From assembly GCF_963921235.1 (NCBI RefSeq), contig NC_086109.1:24554001-24618000 (forward strand): a DNA stretch of 64,000 nucleotides. Reading direction: 5' to 3'. This document shows, piece after piece, positions 59,851 to 64,000 of this stretch. The notes under the pieces were generated by a model, which did not search any database, was not told the origin of the DNA, and worked only from the letters and a program-made list of their open reading frames with translations. Origin of the DNA: Mobula hypostoma. Its lineage: Eukaryota. Numbering within the stretch: position 1 is the first letter of the stretch; each line of letters begins with the position of its first letter. A program made the translations under genes and the position numbers.

Positions 59851-60489
59851 CTGAGTCAAGTGTGCCATTTAATTACATACACTGCATCCATCTATCTGAA
59901 GACTTGACTACACCCAATCCCTGGGTCAGTGCAACTGTTGGTTACACTATGTTTACCTGGTACACAAATGATGCCAGTTCACATCTCTGTCAGACCATGT
60001 CTATCACTGTCCATTTACCTTTGTCAAGTTTAGGAACAGAGGAAATTAATGTAAATACTATTATATCATGCATACACAACAAAAATCCAGAAACCCAAAT
60101 ACAGCATGTTTTCTACCAATTCCTACTACTGAGTAAAATGGACCTCATTGACGTGAGGTAAAAAACCTGGTCTGTGGTTCAGCAAAGTTGTATCAATGGC
60201 AGCTTCCATCCTATGTACTGTGGTATCAATGGGATTGAATGATGGGAAGTAAGGACATTAATCTGTTCAGAACCAGAAACCAGGGATGAATTTCTCCCCT
60301 TTTCTTCCTTCACATTGTTCTAACACTCTGGTGCACACATTCTTTAATAGATCATAATTCTGCGGTGTTTATCTTCCTATGTTTATCAGCTTCATGTTGT
60401 ATTACTACTACTATCATTATTTAACTTTACCTCTGCACTAGAAGTATTGATCCCTGATTTTTCCAAATAAACAAAATTGGAAAAAAAAA

Positions 60490-61040
60490 GACCTATGTGG
60501 TCTGTACATACCTGCTGTGTGGTGAAAAAGGCACAACAGCACCTCTTTCACCTCAGGCGTTTGAAGAAGTTTGGTGTGGCCCCCCAAATACTAAGAACTT
60601 TCTATAGGGCCACAATTGAGAGCATCCTGACTGGCTGCATCACTGCCTGGTATGGGAACTGTACTTCCCTCAATCGCAGGATTCCGCAGAGAGAGGTGCG
60701 GTCAGTCCAGCTCATCTGTAGACATGAACTGCCCACAATTCAGGACATTTACATAGACAGTTGTGTAAAAAGGCCCAGAAGGATCATTGGAGACCCAAGC
60801 ACCCAATCACAATCTATTCAAGCTGCTATCATCCGGGAAATGGTACCACAGCATAAAAGCCAGGACCACCAGGCTCCAGGACAGCTTCTTCCGCCAGGCC
60901 ATCAGACTGCTTGATTCATCCTTATGCAACTGTATTTCTATGTTATATTGACTATAATTACACATTGCACATTTGAATGGAGACGTAATATAAAGATTTT
61001 TACTGCTCATATACATGAAAGATGTAGGTAATAAAGTCAA
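60490..61040 (+). mobile_element. Rex1/Babar LINE 3' fragment
   Basis: ORF 60477-60914 (VVKKAQQHLFHLRRLKKFG...FYRATIESILTGCITAWYGNC); tail aataaagtcaattcaattc. Confidence 0.85.
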
Positions 61041-61179
61041 TTCAATTCAATTCAGTTCAATGAATCAATTTATTCTCATTGCTATTCAAGGTCATTCCTC
61101 CAATCACTCCAATCTCAATAGACCCCAAATGCAAACAGAATCACCCCAACCTATTCTAAATCACTCAACAGTACAATGC

Positions 61180-62896
61180 AACACACAGAAAAATGCAGGG
61201 GGAACTCAGCAGGTCAGGAAATTAATACACAGTCAACATTTTGGGTGAAGAACCTTCTTCAAGACAGGAAAGGAAGGAAAAAGATGGCAGAATATAGAGG
61301 TGTGGGGAGGGCAAGGAGTACTAGCTGGAAGGTGATAGGTGAAGCCAGGTGGATGGTGAAGGCAAAGGGCTGGAGCAGAAAGTATCTGATAGGAGCTGAA
61401 AGTGGACCATGGGAGAAAGGGGGGCAGGAGGGGTACCAGCGAAATGTGATAGGCAGGTGAAAAAAAAAGAGGTAAGATGCCAGAGCAGGGAATACAAGAA
61501 GAAGGAGAGGGGAAAAATGACAGGATGGAGGCCACCTAGGTAGAATATAATGTATTGCTCTTCCACCTTGACAATGGCATCATCATGGTAAAAGAGGAGG
61601 CCATGGACCAACATGTCAGAACAGGAATGGGGATATGAATTAAAATGGTTGGTTACCGGGAAATTCCACTTTTGGCAGATGAAGCGGCGGTGCTTGGCAA
61701 AGTGGTCCCCAAATTTACATCGGGTCTCACCTGTGTAGAGGAGGCTGCATTGACCAAACAAGGTACAATGAACAGCTCCAACAGATTGACAGGTAAAAAT
61801 GTTGTTTCTCCTGGAAGGATTGCTTGGGGCCCTGAATGGAGGCAAGGGTGGAGGTGAATGGGCAGCAGTAGCATTGCTGTTGGATATAAGCCAGGAGGGA
61901 GAAGTGTGGGAATGGTCAAGGGAATCACAGAGAGCATGATCCCAGCAGAAAGTGGAGAGTGACAGGATGGGAGGTAGAGATATGTTCGGTTGTAGGAGCC
62001 CTTTGAAGGTGGTGGAAATTGTAGAGAATGATGTGCTAAATGCAGAGACTCTTGGGTGGTAGGTGAGAACAAGAGGAACTCTATTCCTGTTATGGTGGCA
62101 GAAGATGGGGTGAGTACAGGTGTCCAGGAAATGGAGGAGATGCAGGTTAGGGCAGCATCAGTGGTGGAGGAAGGGAAACCCTGTTCTTTGAAGAAGGAGG
62201 ATATCTCTGATGTCCTGGAAAGGAAAGCCTCATCCTGGGAACAGATACAGCGAAGACAAAGGAAATGAGAAAAGGGCATTCCCATTCTAACATGTCCGTC
62301 CATGGCCTCTGGTGGAGGAACAGCACCTCATGTTCCATCTAGGTACCCCCCGATTTCTCCTTCCGGTAATTTTTCTTTCTCTTCTTCTTTCCTCTTCTTG
62401 TGTTTCCCACTCTGCCCTCTTCTTCTCATTTGCCTATCACCTCCCCCGGTGCCCCTCCTTCTTCACACTGGTTGAGCACCCAAGTTGGTGCAGTCTTTCA
62501 TTGATTCTATTATGGTTATCATCCTATTATGGATTTATTGAGTATAAATCTTGGGCTTGTATATGCTGACATACAGTATATATACTTCGATAATAAATTT
62601 ACTCTGAACTTTAAACTTTGGTCCACTCTCCTCTCCTATCAGGTTCCTTCTTCTACAGCCCCATACCTTTCCCACCCCCCTGGCTTCACCTATCATCTCC
62701 TAGCTAGTTATCCTTCCCCACCCGCCACTTTTTAATTCTGGCATCTTCACCCTTCCTTTCCACTCCTGAAGAAGGGTCTTGGCCCGAAACATTGACCGTT
62801 CATTCACTTTCATAGATGCTGCCTGACCTGCTGAGCTCCTCCAGCATTGTCTGTGTGTGGCTCTGGATTACCAACAACTGCAGAATCTCTTGTGTT
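61180..62896. mobile_element. Older Penelope-like fold-back: long minus arm (RT thumb to 3' end) and short plus arm
   Basis: PFSHFLCLRCICSQDEAF and LLYTGETRCKFGDHFAKH in minus ORFs. The plus arm starts ~62277 and carries a Rex1-tail insert (~62465-62619). Possible TSD tacaatgc / tacaatac (61172-61179, 62897-62904). Confidence 0.8.
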
Positions 62897-63825
62897 TACA
62901 ATACTGAGAGTTTCTCTGCTCTTTATAAAGCTTTGGGAGAATGTAAGATACTTTCACAGTCACGGAAATTCTCCAAACCCCACTACAACTTTTAGCAGGA
63001 AGGAGATGGAATGCAGGGAAAACAGCATAAATACCATACATTTTCTATTTGTATAGTTTCCTTAGGAGTTCCTCTAATTTCTCAGTTCAGTCGTGGCATG
63101 GTCAGAGAAACCGCAGGCTAATGCAATGCATGAACACTCAAATATTTTCATTCTGATATTTTTTTACATTGTGCACACAATACTACACATAATTAGTTTA
63201 AAACATTCTGCTTATCAAGCCTTATACTACCATTAAATTTGATTATCTTGATGCATACCATTTCTGCAGATCAGTTCCCTAAGCCTTTAAAGCCATCCCT
63301 ACAAGAGCCATAACTCAATACATAGTGACACTAAATATTCAAAGAGGCCAAAGTCAAACAAAAAGAGATGCACAGATGTGAGAGTATAGTATTTATTTTG
63401 CATCTAACCCTTGCTTTATATGTCCTAAAGGCATTTGGGGCTATGCAGAAGAAGCTTACCCTATTACATACTTCAGGGTTGTTTGATGGTAGGGCACTGA
63501 GGAAATATTACTTATCAATGCTGCATCTGCCAAGAGACTATTCGCTTGGACAGTTCAGGGAGAACTTTGCTTTGTAGCTCAGTGCTGCTGTATGTCCTCT
63601 GACAGCATCTGAGGGAGTTTTACTCTGGATCAGTTTTATGCTGGTTCTGCCCTGGGAGAGTTTGATGGGAAGGGGGAGCGAGAGAGGGGGCAGGATGAGG
63701 CATTAGGGAGTGGGTGAGAAGGGAGCAGTGGATGGAGGGCAAAGGGAGGGGGCAGAGGATGGAATGGAGAGGGAGAAGGAGAGAAGGGTGAAGGGAAGAA
63801 GAAGAATGGGAAAAGACAGGAGGGC

Positions 63826-64000
63826 AAACACGAGGAAATCTGCAGATGCTGGAAATTCAAGCAACACACACAAAATGCTGGTGAATGCAGCAGGCCAGGC
63901 AGCATCTATAGGAAGAGGTACAGCTGACATTTCGGGCCGAGACCCTTCATCAGGACTAACTGAAAGAAGAGATAGTAAGAGGTTAAAAGACAGGAGGGTA
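63826..64000 (-). mobile_element. Penelope-like 3' end, same subfamily as 17550-18974, running to the window edge
   Basis: Close match to 17551-17660 plus the terminal tail. Confidence 0.8.
63922..63957 (-). ncRNA. Hammerhead ribozyme motif with intact core and weakened stem I
   Basis: Minus strand reads AGUC CUGAUGA A GGGU CUCG GCCC GAA AUGU C AGCU. Confidence 0.6.

Noticed and set aside
1..64000. CRISPR array, prokaryotic operon or rRNA
   Set aside because: No regularly spaced repeat-spacer units, no gene-dense ORFs and no rRNA motifs; the content is vertebrate repeat DNA.

Overview
This is repeat-dense vertebrate DNA with no host protein-coding exon that I can support, so it is intronic or intergenic. 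The repeat mix (HER1/CR1 LINEs, HE1/V-SINEs, Rex1/Babar, Neptune-type Penelope-like elements, Deu-domain SINE relics) points to a cartilaginous fish, probably a ray; this is an inference. Every recognisable ORF is a transposon fragment: CR1 ORF1/APE/RT, Penelope RT/GIY-YIG, Rex1 RT, L1 C-terminus, R4/Dong RT-CCHC-RLE and a Tc1 transposase N-terminus. The most striking structure is a Penelope-like family carrying a minimal type I hammerhead ribozyme (AGUC-CUGANGA-stem II-GAAAC-GUC/GACU). It occurs in roughly 15 intact or decayed copies and repeatedly inserts as fold-backs with target-site duplications. These range from a 1.4-kb element with ~99% identical 539-bp arms to ~200-bp MITE-like hairpins centred on the ribozyme. 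Also notable: two young inverted CR1 copies sharing one premature stop, a Dong/R4 element in a TAA-rich site, a solo LTR with a perfect 5-bp TSD, and several nested insertions. Coordinates of decayed repeats are approximate and family names come from motif recognition, not database searches.
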